A stretch of DNA of 56,350 nt, the filler included, from Platydemus manokwari (lineage: Eukaryota), in the NCBI GenBank assembly GCA_037951405.1. It is 4 parts of 4 records of this genome, joined end to end, with 100 filler letters (N's around TTAATTAATTAA, not from the genome) between each part and the next. Parts side by side here need not be neighbours in the genome. Positions count along the whole stretch, not along the records: positions 1 to 22,545 come from JBBMOY011244762.1; 3 more parts are not named here. One strand, given 5' to 3'. Under the pieces are notes generated by a model. The model saw only the letters and a program-made list of their open reading frames with translations, was not told where the DNA came from and ran no database searches. Numbering within the stretch: the first letter of the stretch is position 1; every line of letters starts with the position of its first letter. The position numbers and the translations under genes were made by a program. Positions 1 through 13,500 of the stretch are shown piece by piece.

Positions 1-284
1 GGAAACTATTTCAAGCATTCCCAGGATGGGCATTGCGTTCACAAACAACCTATTCATTTGTCAAAGGAAACTCACATCATTAATTCGAATAAACAATATT
101 ATTATTATTATTAATTAAGAACGATTTTACATCAATGTTGGATGGAGATTCACTGTGAAATATTATTTATATTATTCCAGAAAGTTGAAATTGACTGGTT
201 TACTTTAGATTTATCGATTTTCATTTAAATCACTGACGAATTTCTAATTATAAAAAATAAAAAGCAACTCTTTTAAATTGTATA

Positions 285-859
285 TTAACAAGAATTTCTT
301 TGATTTTCATAATCATTTCGAGAGATTAATGACTTTTTAATAGCTTCCCATTCGTCAACTTTGGGCATGATAATACATAAAAACCCTTCGGTAAGTGTTG
401 AAGTTACCAATAAATTGGGTTCCGATATCAGTCGTTTATTAACTTCCAGAAGTTTACCACGAATTCCACAAGGCAATGTTATAACGTTTCCTTTCTTGAG
501 GACCACTTTTAACAAAGAGCACTCATTGGAAGACAAAAATTGTCCACCTTTTTTGCCCTTCCCTTTGACTTCATTATTTAACCTATTAGTGTTTGGACCA
601 GACTTTGATGAAATAAAATATTAAAGTACAAATATGAAATAAATACCTGAAAATCCACTGATTCAATGATATCATCTTTTAAATGATCAAATAAATAATG
701 TGACTTTGCTAAAGTTACAACACATACTTTATTGGAATGCATTAAAATACATAAATCATTTCTTGCAATGCCATCAATATCTAATAAAAATCCAGTTTCG
801 AAATAATGTTCTAGAAATTTATATGATTCCTTAAGAGGTAAATAATTTTCTTTAGCCAT
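285..859 (-). CDS. ABITRAM: ABITRAM / FAM206A (Simiate) homolog, 2 exons, about 176 aa
   Basis: Exons 859-647 and 602-285 are joined across a 44-nt GT..AG phase-0 intron. The joined protein reads ...HSNKVCVVTLAKSH...VDFQ|SGPNTNRLNNEVKGKGKKGGQFL...CGIRGKLLEVNKRLISEPNLL...EGFLCIIMPK, matching FAM206A motifs recalled from the human protein (NRxxNxVxGKxKxGxQ; CxRGxLxEVN; EGYIAVVLPK). Confidence 0.9.
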
Positions 860-1366
860 TTGAAATAAAGCTTCAATTATAGAAATAGATATTAAAATTA
901 CTTAAAATTCAAATTCACTGCTTATATCAATATTTAAACAAAAAGATTTCATTAATGTATTACATTATTTATTCCCAACATTTATACTTTTTAAAATTTA
1001 GCATATCATTAGAATATTGAAACCATATTCAAAATTATTTTTATTTACAAAGTTTTCTGAAACTAAAACATGTCAAACATCACTTTAACTTCGACTCATG
1101 TTGGAAATTTACATTGAATTTTTTAATGCAAATAATTGTTAAAATAAAATTAAAATATTGAGCGGAAACTAAAAATAGAACAAAAGAATAATATACGGTG
1201 AAAAATTGATTACTCATCATTACTAACGCAAATTTAGTTAGACAGACAGAAATCCAATTTGTAGTTATTCATACTTATATTAATCATGCTCTGCATGCCT
1301 TGTCAAAATAGAAGATACGAATCTACTGTTTTATTCAATCATTAGTGTCCTGAATTTTACCTTAAA
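860..1366. promoter_or_regulatory. Putative bidirectional promoter between head-to-head ABITRAM and CBFB
   Basis: The two start codons diverge about 507 bp apart. The interval has a CGGAA (ETS-like) core near 1163 and a CCAAT near 1254. Function is inferred from the gene geometry only. Confidence 0.5.
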
Positions 1367-2566
1367 ATGCCCAAAACCGTTTTAGATCAAGAAGGAAAAT
1401 TTAAACAAGATGAAATATTTAAACGGCTTTCTGAACTCAATAAAGTAAGATTATTATACTTATATTTTGTAAATTAGTAATTTAATATTCTAATGGTTAT
1501 GTAACATGATTTCCTTTCATCTGAATGTACTTTGTTGTGTTTGGCTGATATCAAATAAAGATTATATTTAATTTTAAGTTGGATTTTTTTTAAGTTTAAA
1601 CTATCCAATCAAAATGTTAAATCAACAATCTCAAATATACACGTTTAAATTAATATATCATATAAAGAAATCGCTATTATTTCAACCACAAAACGAATAC
1701 ATTAACGTGAAAAGTATTTCTTTTCAAATATTCCATCGAAAATTTTCAGGTGCTTTGTCACATGTGCAATGAAGTGTTTTAAAATCCAGACAATGATTTA
1801 TCATACACCCACACGACACCAATGTTTACCGGATGAAAATATTACAGATAATATTAACTATCGTTTTAATAATATTTATTTGGAAATGTGATTTATTGAT
1901 TTTATATATTGATTGATATATTTAGTAGTTATTAATTTTAGATTCGTTATACAGGTCACAAATCTGGCGAAAATTGTCAAACTAGTTTTTTGCAAGATTT
2001 GAAATTAGGAAAATTAAATATCGTGAGTTATTTTTGACATATTAATCCTTTGATTTATAACGATATTGCATAAATAAGTAGATATTAATTTGATATGATA
2101 TAAGTAGATATGATACAACAGCCAATATTGTTGATTATATTTTCATTTTTACCGGAAATAGAAATCAATCGCTATCATGATTAATCAAAAATTTAGTTAT
2201 TTTAAAATCCAATGAATCGAATACATACAAATAATGACTCATTGTTGATGTTTTATGGTTGATTGCACATTAGCTCACCATGGAAAGTTAACATTTTTAA
2301 ATTGTATTCGTGTTAGCATTTTACAACTTGATTAAAGCGTATTTGAGAAAATGAATTTCCTTTATATCTTTTAGCAATTGTGATCTTGTATTGAAAATTG
2401 TAATGGCTCATTGTGGTTATTTTGACCAGATCATACATTTTAAATATTATTTATATTTCCTTTGAGATTTTACTTGAATTTTTCATTTATATTGAAATTT
2501 TTATTGAGGCTAATAGTACATTATTATTGGTAGTCCTTATAGGAAGATGATGATATGATGATGATG

Positions 2567-2602
<36 letters not shown>

Positions 2603-5600
2603 GTATCTCAAAGACATATTTTAAGTTACCCATTTCATGTCCGTAGTTAATTAGTTTGTCAGTGTTGAATTTGTGTCATTTCTGCATTAATCTAGTCATA
2701 ATAAAGTATGAGTAGTATGAGGATGTATTCTTATTGGTTAATACATTAAAATAATCCGTACTCGATTTTTGTAAACTCCTTGATTTATTTTATTTATAAC
2801 TCTGCTGTTAGTATTAATGACTCATGCAGAGAAAATTATTATTTATATTAAAATATAAACTTGGTTGATTAATAAATCAAATAACATGGTTTCCACACAC
2901 CGGATGTTGTTATTAATTAGTTAATTTTTAATATGTAAATCATATTCAACATCTACATGGCCATATGAAACCAAAAAAATAATTTTTATTTTTACTTTAT
3001 ATAATTTTACAAAATGAGTTTTTTCAAATCTCATTTTTTAGTTTGAATTTCTCACTGAGACAAAGTGAATTTGTTATCAATTCTATTTCAACAATTTATT
3101 AACGACATTGTTGTCTGGAAATAAATTTTACCTGCCTTAAAAAATTATTTTAATAACTTTTTCTGATTGGTTCAAAGATGTCCAATCAAGGTTGAGTATA
3201 TAAATATGTGCTTTAAAACAAAACTTCGGTTTTATATTAATGAAACATAGTTCAGATTTTCATTGAAAGAGACTAGTAAAATTTGATGACATTGAAAATT
3301 CAAATGGATTGTACTGAATGCATCGTTACAATCACTTAGTGTGCTCATGATAGAAAATATTAAATTCATCAAAAGAGCTGTTTATTTTGATATTGAGAAA
3401 TTTGAGGAATATGAAAATAAAATGCTGCAGTTTTATTGTGAATAAAATAGATTTGTTTTCGAAAAGAAATTCATCATTTTTGTTGATATTCATTATTAAT
3501 GTTTACAAATTCATTATAAGTGTAAATGATTTGGGGTATTTTTCCTGAATGGAATGCCAAAATGGCATACAAAGAATCCAGTTTTTGAAACGAGAAAACA
3601 AATTAATAAATATAAATAATTAAATATTATTTTAATCCTGAAAAGTGGTACATCAATTAATTAAACAAAAGCAAGGAACATCTATGTAAGTGTCTTGTTT
3701 GATTTTAATGAGAACATTTAATATTGTTTTTGGATTATTGTGGCGATTGCGTAATCAATATTTATTTAAAAATTTCTAAATTTAACTTGTTATAATAATT
3801 TATTTGTTTTATAGTTGTTATTATTATACGTACTTATTATAGGCTTTTATTGATTCCGGAATCAATTTAAGACTTAATATTGACACACCGGGACCGAACA
3901 ACAATGGATCATCAAATACTGAAAACAGATTTGATAATGAAGATCGTGTTAGATAAATATTTTTTATCTTTTGAAAATAATTTTTTAATATAAAGACTCT
4001 ACATTTTCGTAGTGAATGACGAATATTTTCTGATTCTTGGTTGAATGGCTGAATTGTTATTAAATCGATGGATTTAGAACCATGATTAATAGTGAATTGG
4101 GGGTAAATCCCTTGTATATCTTAGTGTTTTGAATTTTTATTTCAAACGAATCCAGAAAATAAATTAACTGATTTTATGTGTGATTTAATATTATTTTGTA
4201 AAATCTTTTAAAATTTAATTACCTCTTTCACTATTTTTAGACTGTAATATCAACAAACGAAGTCCGTCTCAGCGAGAGTTTATTTTGCCATTGCTCATAT
4301 AAACAAGGTTTGTTGGTAAAACTGCCCTGGCTCTTAATTTCCTTTTAATCGTGTTTCATAAACATTTGCTTGGATTTAAGTCCGGACTTGGTGGAACTCA
4401 ATCTAAGACTCATCTAAATTTATTTTAGTTATAAAATTTTGTAAATGTCATGAATTTAATTGATGTGAATTAAGACTATCTAGTGGAAACGGGAAATAAG
4501 TAGCTAAGACTATAAAGGACTTGAAACGATTAATGATAAAGTTCTGATTAATTTTATTTATACTTCAGCTTATCGAAATAATGCTTTGAAAATTTTATTT
4601 TTTTTGTTTTAATCTCGAGAAATCAAACAGTACTAGAGTATTCAGTGGAAATGTAAGCAGGACTTAACACAAGTGAAAAATAAATTAAAAGAAAACTATG
4701 ATAAGACGTGTATATAAAGTAATAAGTTTCTCAAAATGAAATCTATTAACTTTGAATGGAAACAAGTTGATTGAATCGTTTGCATTCGATGATTGATTGA
4801 TTTCGTGCTTTTTCCAATATAATTATTATCATAGAATATCTCCAATAAGATAACTTCAACATATTCATAACCACTGTATCTGGGTAACTCCCCGTCTTCT
4901 ATATCACCCGTCTCAATATCAATAAACATTCATAATATTAGAGTTCTAAGCTGGATTGATTTACAAAAAATTCATATACAATTTATAAAAAATCACTTAA
5001 GATGGATTAACAGTTCTAGTTTTAGTAATTATGACTGTTTACAAAATTATCTAATACAAGAGATATATTTTCTAAACTTCATACTTTCTCGTTTTCAAAC
5101 TCATGTTTCGATATTTTCCATACATACTTACCTACACAGTCATACATACATGATTACGGGAATTAGTATAAACGAAAATTTCAATTTGAAAAATACATTA
5201 TTACACGACGATATATAACAAATTGTCAAAAATCGATAACTCCGGTCGAAACTTTGAATATCAATACGACAAACATGGCTTATCACCAGTTCAAGCCTAA
5301 AGAAGTGGAATTTGTTTTTATTAGCATTCGTATTAGTGTTGATTCGCGGTGGTGATCAATCAATAAATAGTTTATTAGTTTTTCATTAACATTTATTAGT
5401 TTTTAAATTAAATTTTTTTCTTTTGAATATCTTCATTTTATCATTACTATCTTCCATGAAACAGATTAGATGATACCCACCCAGTCCCATTGTATATGTA
5501 CAAAAAAGATAATATTTTGTAACAGAAAATAATGATTAAATAACTGATTCATTTTCAATAAAGTAGAAGTAATTAAAAAATTAAAATGATAATTTATCAT

Positions 5601-8600
5601 TGTGATTCTTATAATTTTAATGAGTGTCATAAATTTTTATGTTTATTATTATTTTTCGAAATTTTGAAATACATCTTTTCAAGGTCCATTTAGAGTCGAG
5701 GCTAATTCTCAATGGTGTCTGTGTCAAATGGCTTGGTTATATCAATTTGAATGATTTAACTGGGCAAGCTCGAATTGAATTCGACAGTAAAATGGCTCAA
5801 GTGAGTTATATAATATAAACAGTAACATTTCCATAGATTTTTTAAAAATTTTAACCACTTGTCGAAACCAAGTTTAATTTTATTCTTTAATTAAATTTTC
5901 AAATCGTATTGTCGGCTTTAGGACTTTCGAGACGTTTGGATATATTAATAGTAAAAAGATCGCTTAAGTCATTGTGTTGAAAAAGTTTTAGGAGTTTTAA
6001 TCTATATAATTTATATATTTTTTGATACTTAAGGATAGTTTAAGTAGTATTAATTTCAATTCGCAATACTTGAAACTTTTAAAGTTCAAATTAAATCTTA
6101 ATGATGGTTTAGAAACTCTTTTCATCAGACATTTTAAATTGTCTGTCTATTTCATAAATCATTAACCATATTTACGTTGGTTATGAAATTTGAACTTTTT
6201 AATATGATTGGTGTTGCTAATAATAGATTATTGCTTTCTCAATCACGTGTTTTACCAATGGAAATAGTGAATTTCAATTTAAGACATTTTTCATTTTCGT
6301 AAAACAATTCTTCATTCACCTTTGAATTTAATATTTCAAACGAATAAAAATAGTTTATTCTATATTTATTTGTATATCACAAACCCAAAGCCATATTTTA
6401 CCATGTATAGATTTTGATATTGATTTTCTAAATAATTCATTATCAGTTGAAATTAATAAGTTTTTTATTTAACAAATATTTACAAAAATGGTGTGATAAT
6501 ACTTGATGTCAGTCTTTATTTAGATTTTTATATATATGCAAATATTTAATAATTACTTTGATAATGATATTGTGATTATTACCTTACGTATGTAAGAATA
6601 ATAAATTAATATGTCCTCATTTAATCTTTCAGTTCAGCTATAAAATTTAAGAAAATTTACAGAGTCGATTTAGCATTTGTTGGGTTAATATTTTAATTTA
6701 CTTGTTGTGTCAGTGTTAATTGTGTAAAAAATATTTTTACCCATTTTAGTTAAGTTTTGTACACGTTTATGGAATTGAGAACAATTTTTAAATGTTGCAA
6801 TCGTATCAAAGTAGATAAATATACAGCGAATACTGATCAATATGAATTGCAATTTATTTTTAGATTTGTTTCAACTTACTGAGATTCTTAATTTAATTAT
6901 TAACATAAAAAAACAAATTGAGCTAGAGAAGTTAAAATATTGATGCTTATTTAAATATTTTTAAAATAGATTTAGTAATATTTAATATCTGTGGAATTCT
7001 TTCTATTGATTTCAATAATAATTACCAGGATATTTTACATTGATTACACAAGACAAAAGTATTTAATAAATTTAATTTATCAAATCACATGTAATTGAGT
7101 GATGGTTTTATAATGTGTATTTTAAATTTCGGATTATCGATTTTGAGACGAGCCACTTGTGCTCAATTCATTTCCATTTACACGAAAGAATAAATCAGGA
7201 ATTGTATCTTCAATAGTTTTTCTGCATAAGAGCATCATTTACTCTTTTCCTTCAAAAATTTGTCTAATGAGCATACAGACTTTTCATGAAATCATGTCGT
7301 CAGATGAATCGATATTTCAAAGGAAATCAAGTAAAAGTTAAGAATTTCAACATGTTTATGAGTTTTATTTATATATAATTTTAATAATAAGTTGAGTGGC
7401 ACAGGGTTCGTGTCGAATTGGGTGTTTGTTTAAGGTTTCATACTTACAAATAGGTTGAAAAACACTGAATAAGAATATTCTGTTAAAATAAATGTGTAAA
7501 CTTGTGAAGAATTTATAAAACAATTTTTGCATTGATTTTCATTCCATATATATATATATATAAAGTTCTAAAAACGACCTTTTGTATTTTTCAGAAAAGT
7601 TTACCTAATCATTTATTTTGGGATATTTTCTTGAAGTGAGTGTGTTATAAAAAAAATTAAACTGAAATCAGTTCATTAAAACAACGCCATTCCGGTATTC
7701 ATGTAGAATTTTATACTTTTTAAAGAATATAACAAAAAAATAATATTTATTGAAATTTAGCACTGGTGTAGGTGCGCTATTTTATTACTCAATTATGATA
7801 CCATGAGACTTTGTTTTATCATCAGAATAATCTTTGATTCAATTATGTATATTTGTTAATGGCAATATTTTCATTTTTATTCTTGTGTGAGATATGATGA
7901 AATTAAGCTATAACACAGTGGTAATGAAAAATGAAGTTAATTAAAATGGCCGTGGTTTTGTAACTTTATCCAATAATTTTCATTGGAAAATTTACGAAAC
8001 AATTAGATTAGCGGACTATCTATTGGGATTGTCAATGATTTAATCAGCTTTATCACTGTGAGGTTTATTTAAAAATAAGATAAATAATTGGAATTTACAT
8101 AGGATTGATATTAATAAAAAATTGAACCAAAAGGTATTTTTGAAAAATTATATTAAAGATTAATACAATATATTAATATTTATAAAAGGATCTTGCCTTA
8201 AAAAATACTGTTAAATTCTCAGTTTTAAAATTATTACAATTAATATAATTATTAAAAGTAAAATTTAAATCTTTTAAAATTTGTTTGAAAGCTGATGTAT
8301 TGACGAATAGATTTTTTGTTTTGCTGTAAATATGACTCTTGATTTGAATATGAAAAATGAAGAAATTTTGGCAACAAACACCATAATTGTTAAAGTTCCG
8401 TTATTCTAGTCTTAAATTTTTATTTGAAATGAATCAGATTATTATTGAACAAGTTTATTGCATTGATGAAATTATCTGCTTATATCTAAATTACTCAGTT
8501 GGAATTATAAATAAATAGAAAATTGGACTAGGTTATTTGTAATCGAAGTTGAAATTAAATATCGATCCTTAATTTTAGTTTTCAAAACTTCTGATTACAA

Positions 8601-10185
8601 TATAGACATCCATATTTATGCAAGAATTCTAACTCATTATTTATACAATATAATAATTTTATTTACCAACAATACATTCCTGAAACTCACTAGGTTGATT
8701 ACAACCAGATATAAGCTGGTAAAAAATTAACACAACTCTGGTCTAATATTATTTTTTCTAAAATTTAAAAAACGAGATTTAGAAAATAAATGTCACTGTT
8801 GCTATTAATCTATGACCAAGTATTATTCAACAGACTGCACTTTGTGTAAATTTATTTTCTCTATGTCACATGAAAAGAGACGGAAAATATGTTCCGCAAC
8901 TATTTTGGTCTTGTTCTCAGCTATGTTTATAACAGAATTATGTACTAATTTTATTGGTAGTTTATGAATTTATAAGATTTTATTTATTAATAAAAATCAT
9001 TTTCATCGTCTGATTTGAATAAGTTTAATTTAAGACAATTGTGAGTTCTATTTTTGGATGTATTCAATTCTCACATGCGATTGTTTTTAATAATGTCAGG
9101 ATGTTTTGGTAAACTTTGATAGAAAACAATGTAATAGTCATACTATCAAGTACACGAATAAAATAAATAATTTATCACGTGAAGTCGGTTTTTATTTCAA
9201 AAATATTGAAATTTGATTTTTTAAATGACAAATAAAATTTCTTATTCGAACAATGTTGTCAAATTTCTATAATCATATATAAGTATGAGCGAATAACAAA
9301 AGCTAACATAACTAACGATAAAAAAATTCATAAATTATATCATGCAGTTACTTTGATAATTATTACACTTAAATTTAAAAAGAAAATTTTAAATTTCTGT
9401 CTTCAACAAAATGTAACATTATTAATACAAAGTTCTGATCAAGATATTATTTATACATTGAAAAATTTCTTCAGTGACAAATTGTATTAAAATTACCAAC
9501 TACGAAGTCAATAAATACAGTACTTTCTACTTTGAAATGGGCTCATAAGATTGATCTTGTTTGTTTTTGGAAATTAACTTAATGTTAACCAGAAATACAT
9601 TTGTCAGGGGTTTAAAAATAATGATAATTGTAAAAAATGTAACATTTAAAATAAAATTGTTGCAAGAATAATGATAAAACCATGCTTTGCTAAACGGAAA
9701 TTATCATGTTCACCTAGTTCGATTGTATTAATAATAAACCAACTATCACTGATTCACAATCACGAATATATATATATTTTATTTTGTTATTTAATTTTAA
9801 AGTACTATGAAAAGTAGCTATATAAAGTATTTTGTAATGTAATATAAAATTAATAATATTACCGTTTTGTTAGAATTCTGCCGAAATTTGTAAATAAAGT
9901 CATAAGCAGAATAAATTAACTTTTAAATTTTTGTCTTAACATGATTGTTTATAATAATATATAACCAGAATTTGAAGCAAATAATGATTGATATTGATAA
10001 TTATAATTTTTGCTATTAATATTTTTGATTTATTAATTTTTATAAATTAGGAAGAATCGATATCATATAGAAACCAGTTAAACGATTATAATTTTCATTT
10101 TGGTTTACAAGAAGAAAACAGACAAATTGAAACAGTGTTAGAGGATAACACTTCCGACGCAGGTCACTTATCTGACAATTTTTAA
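1367..10185 (+). CDS. CBFB: Core-binding factor subunit beta (RUNX partner), 5-6 exons
   Basis: Exons: 1367-1444 MPKTVLDQEGKFKQDEIFKRLSELNK; 1942-2022 IRYTGHKSG...GKLNI; 3843-~3947 AFIDSGINLRL...; optional small exon within 4241-4315; 5684-5800 VHLESRLILNGVCVKWLGYINLNDLTGQARIEFDSKMAQ; 10051-10185 EESISYRNQ...DNF*. All have GT/AG boundaries. Motifs match CBF-beta (MPRVVPDQxxKF, IKYTG, AFVATGTNL, ILNGVCVxWxGWIDL..G...EFD) and the intron positions are conserved. The gene is missed by the ORF track. Confidence 0.92.
2567..2602. repeat. (ATT)n microsatellite preceded by (ATG)n
   Basis: About 12 perfect ATT units in CBFB intron 2. Confidence 0.9.
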
Positions 10186-10527
10186 GTAATTTTATAATTA
10201 ATTTCAATAAATAATTTCATGGAAAATTATTTAGATAACTTTAGATAAGAAAAATTCCGTATGCATTTAAAATTGATCCGGATGATGTATAGAATAATAT
10301 TTGTATAATCGTTATCTTTGTCTAAATAGAATTTTGCCAAAAATATCTCTTGTTAATTTATATAAATAAATAATTGATTTGTGGATTTTTGTCAACTTTT
10401 TCAAATTTAAATTTAGATAAATAAAAACCAAATTACTGGGCATAATGTAGTATTATAAAAGTCAAATATTAAAAACATAGAAACGCAATCCAATTATAAA
10501 TATCATAATTTCAAATCTTTTCTTTAT

Positions 10528-13500
10528 TTATTCAGACTGTAATAAATTCAAAAGAATAAGCACTTCGTTTAATAAAGGAATTGGTTTGTTAACTGGACGC
10601 TTTATTAAAATATCTCGAATTTTCACAAGATAGTCATAGCACGCGGAACATTTTCTATACCTGAAATATAAATTTTATTAATCATATTTCAAAGATATTT
10701 TTTTATAAATTATAATTGTGTCAATTATTCTTAAATCAAACTAGTCAGATCCGATCAGTTGTCTTTTTATCTGTTGGAGTCATAAATTATTTGTCACAAA
10801 GTAAAACTATAAAGACTCCTCTAGAGACAAAATGAAAATTAAAGTAGTTAAAGCGATATCATTAGTTCGAATGTATAAGTAAATGAATAAATGACTTTTT
10901 ATATTTGAAGTCCTATATAATATTGATGAACAGAATACAGAATATTAGTATATATTCTATAAATTGAAAATAAAGTACTTGTCAATGGAAATATATTTGA
11001 ATGCAAATTCGAACTCGATCAATCTTGAAAACCATACTTATTGAATATTAATCAAAATAGTTATAAACATGACGTTTTCATTAACATTGTTTAAAAAACA
11101 GAAATATTGGTAGAGCAAATGAAATGACTTTTATATCAACAATTATGATCAATAAACCGAGTATAATAGTAAACTACTAATCGAAATTGTTACGTGACAT
11201 GAGAAGTTTAAAAGGTAAATCAAAATCCTTTAAAGTGAATAAATCTGTCTTTTCGTGAAATCTAATGTCACACACACAAACACACACATATAATTATAAA
11301 ATTTTAATAAGGTAAGTTAATTTTATGAAAATTTTCATTGAATTTGTGGTTAATTTTGTGAACTTTTCAACTAAAGCAACATAATCGAAAATTTACAACT
11401 GAAAAGATAAAACAATCTTCCTTAATCATGAAGATAATTAATAACAACAAACACATTGGCACAGATTAAATAATTGTTGAAGATTTGTTGTCATCTAATT
11501 ATACTGACCAAAAGTATTTGAAATAATAGGAACAAATAATGAAACCCATAATGTTTATTTATTAGAAAGTCACAATCTTCTATTATGATGACACAATTAT
11601 TGAGACATTTATACATCGGATTTTTCTAGATATACATTTAAATAATGAATTATTCTGGGTTTAAATAAAAATAATATTTTTATAAGTAGAACTGATCAGA
11701 AAACAATTAATCGTTGTGATGAATAACGAGGAGTGACAATATGATGTTGTATAGTTTCGAAACGCAGAAAGATATGGGAAAATATATTTAAAATTCCATC
11801 TGGTATTATTGAATCGAAAAACTATTAAAACCCAAATTTATAAAACTAAAACGAGTGTTTTTGAGCATTATCCGTAAGAAAAATCCGATTAGAAAATATT
11901 GCAAAATTATCAAAAGTAACATCTGATCAAATCAAGTGAGCACACAAATAGAGACAGCCTCGATTCAATGCTTATTTATTTAAACCATTTTATATTATAA
12001 ATGAGTATGCATTTCTGTTATTTATATATAATAATACCAAGATCTCTTTGTTACAAAATATTGAATAATTTTAGCGATGAAAATATTTTCATTGATTGTT
12101 GTTTATAGAAATGATGCTGATTACATAACAAGGAACACATAGTTTTTATCTGAGAAAACATTGCTCTAAAAGTATTTTTGTCATAATTATATCTTGTAAT
12201 TTATATTAAACAATCTCCATGAAATCAATATCCGAATGATCATGGGTTTCAATGATTTTTTTTAATGAAAAATTCAATATCAATTACTACTTCATACAAA
12301 CAAGAAATACTATCAATTAAACACATGAAATATTGCAAATTAAAAAAGACAATTCTAAAAATATAGAAATTCATTTCTTATCAATAAGTAGTAACAAATC
12401 AAAATCAAATATTTTAATAACACTAAACATTTACCTTTCTTCACGAGATATATCCACATAGCCAGCAGGACATGATAGATTTTGTTTGATTAAAGTTGAA
12501 AAACTCTTTAAAATAATTTTCAAAATTTGACATGCCGAATCAACATAACTAAAACACAACATTTTCAAAAGGTATTCATTGTTGACAACTGATATCGAAA
12601 AGCTCACCTATCATATTTACTATTGGATAACTGAAATAATTGAGGCAATAACAATAAAGCCGTATCTAAGGTGAAAAGATGGCTAGATAAATGAGACTTT
12701 TTTAAAAAATTGATCTACTAATCGAATAATAACGCACTTGTTTTGACTTAAAACTGAAAGCAGATCCACTATGACAGCGTTATCATTAATTTTCACAGCA
12801 GCATCAATAGCAATACTGATGTTATTGGGTGTCCATGAATTGCGAATTTGCGTGAGATATTTCTGTCGGTAATGCAAAACACCAACAACATTTCTGTGAA
12901 CCATTTGTAATTTTTGGACTATTTCGTCATCAGTGAATGCGTCCCCACTAATTTCGGGTTTCTAGAAAATTGGCTCAATGATATCATTTGATAAACACAC
13001 GTTTTACGTTTTCTTTCGGGTAAATTTTATTTTCATTTTTAGCTGGTTGATTTTGTTTATTGGCCGATTCTTGAATAACAGATTCGATATGGTCCGCTCG
13101 TGGAATGTTATTAATAGCTGCCTCTGCATTTGTATCTTTATTTTGAAGTATTAACGGTTCTGGAAAGAGGGGTGATTTAAGAACAATTATGGTGTGAAAT
13201 AAAAAATTTCAAAAGCTGAGGAAAACAATGTTGAGAATTGCAATCAAATAAATGTTACATTGATATTAAATCAAAATGCAATAAAAACAAGCCCCTATGA
13301 TCAAATATTAAGTGGCATTGAATTTGCATGAATGACTGAGAGTTCGAATCTACACACGAAACAAAATTATTAAGTAAATTCGAAATTCTATCCAATATAG
13401 GTGAATTACGAACCAAGTCATTCTATGGGTTAACGGTTATTATTGGAATACATCTATTTTTAAACATATTTAGATGCTTCTTTTTTATGAAATACAAATT

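Noticed and set aside
1-83. GC-richer, coding-like window start
   Set aside because: It may be the 3' end of an upstream gene but is too short to assign a frame or product.
361-624. Plus-strand 87-aa ORF, and similar ORFs at 27229, 33311, 36839, 38231, 43401, 46013 and 46272
   Set aside because: They are antisense shadows of real genes or TE coding sequence.
2235-2825. TGACTCA and TGTGGT motifs in a CBFB intron as AP-1 or RUNX autoregulation
   Set aside because: A few such short matches are expected by chance in 56 kb, and there is no clustering.
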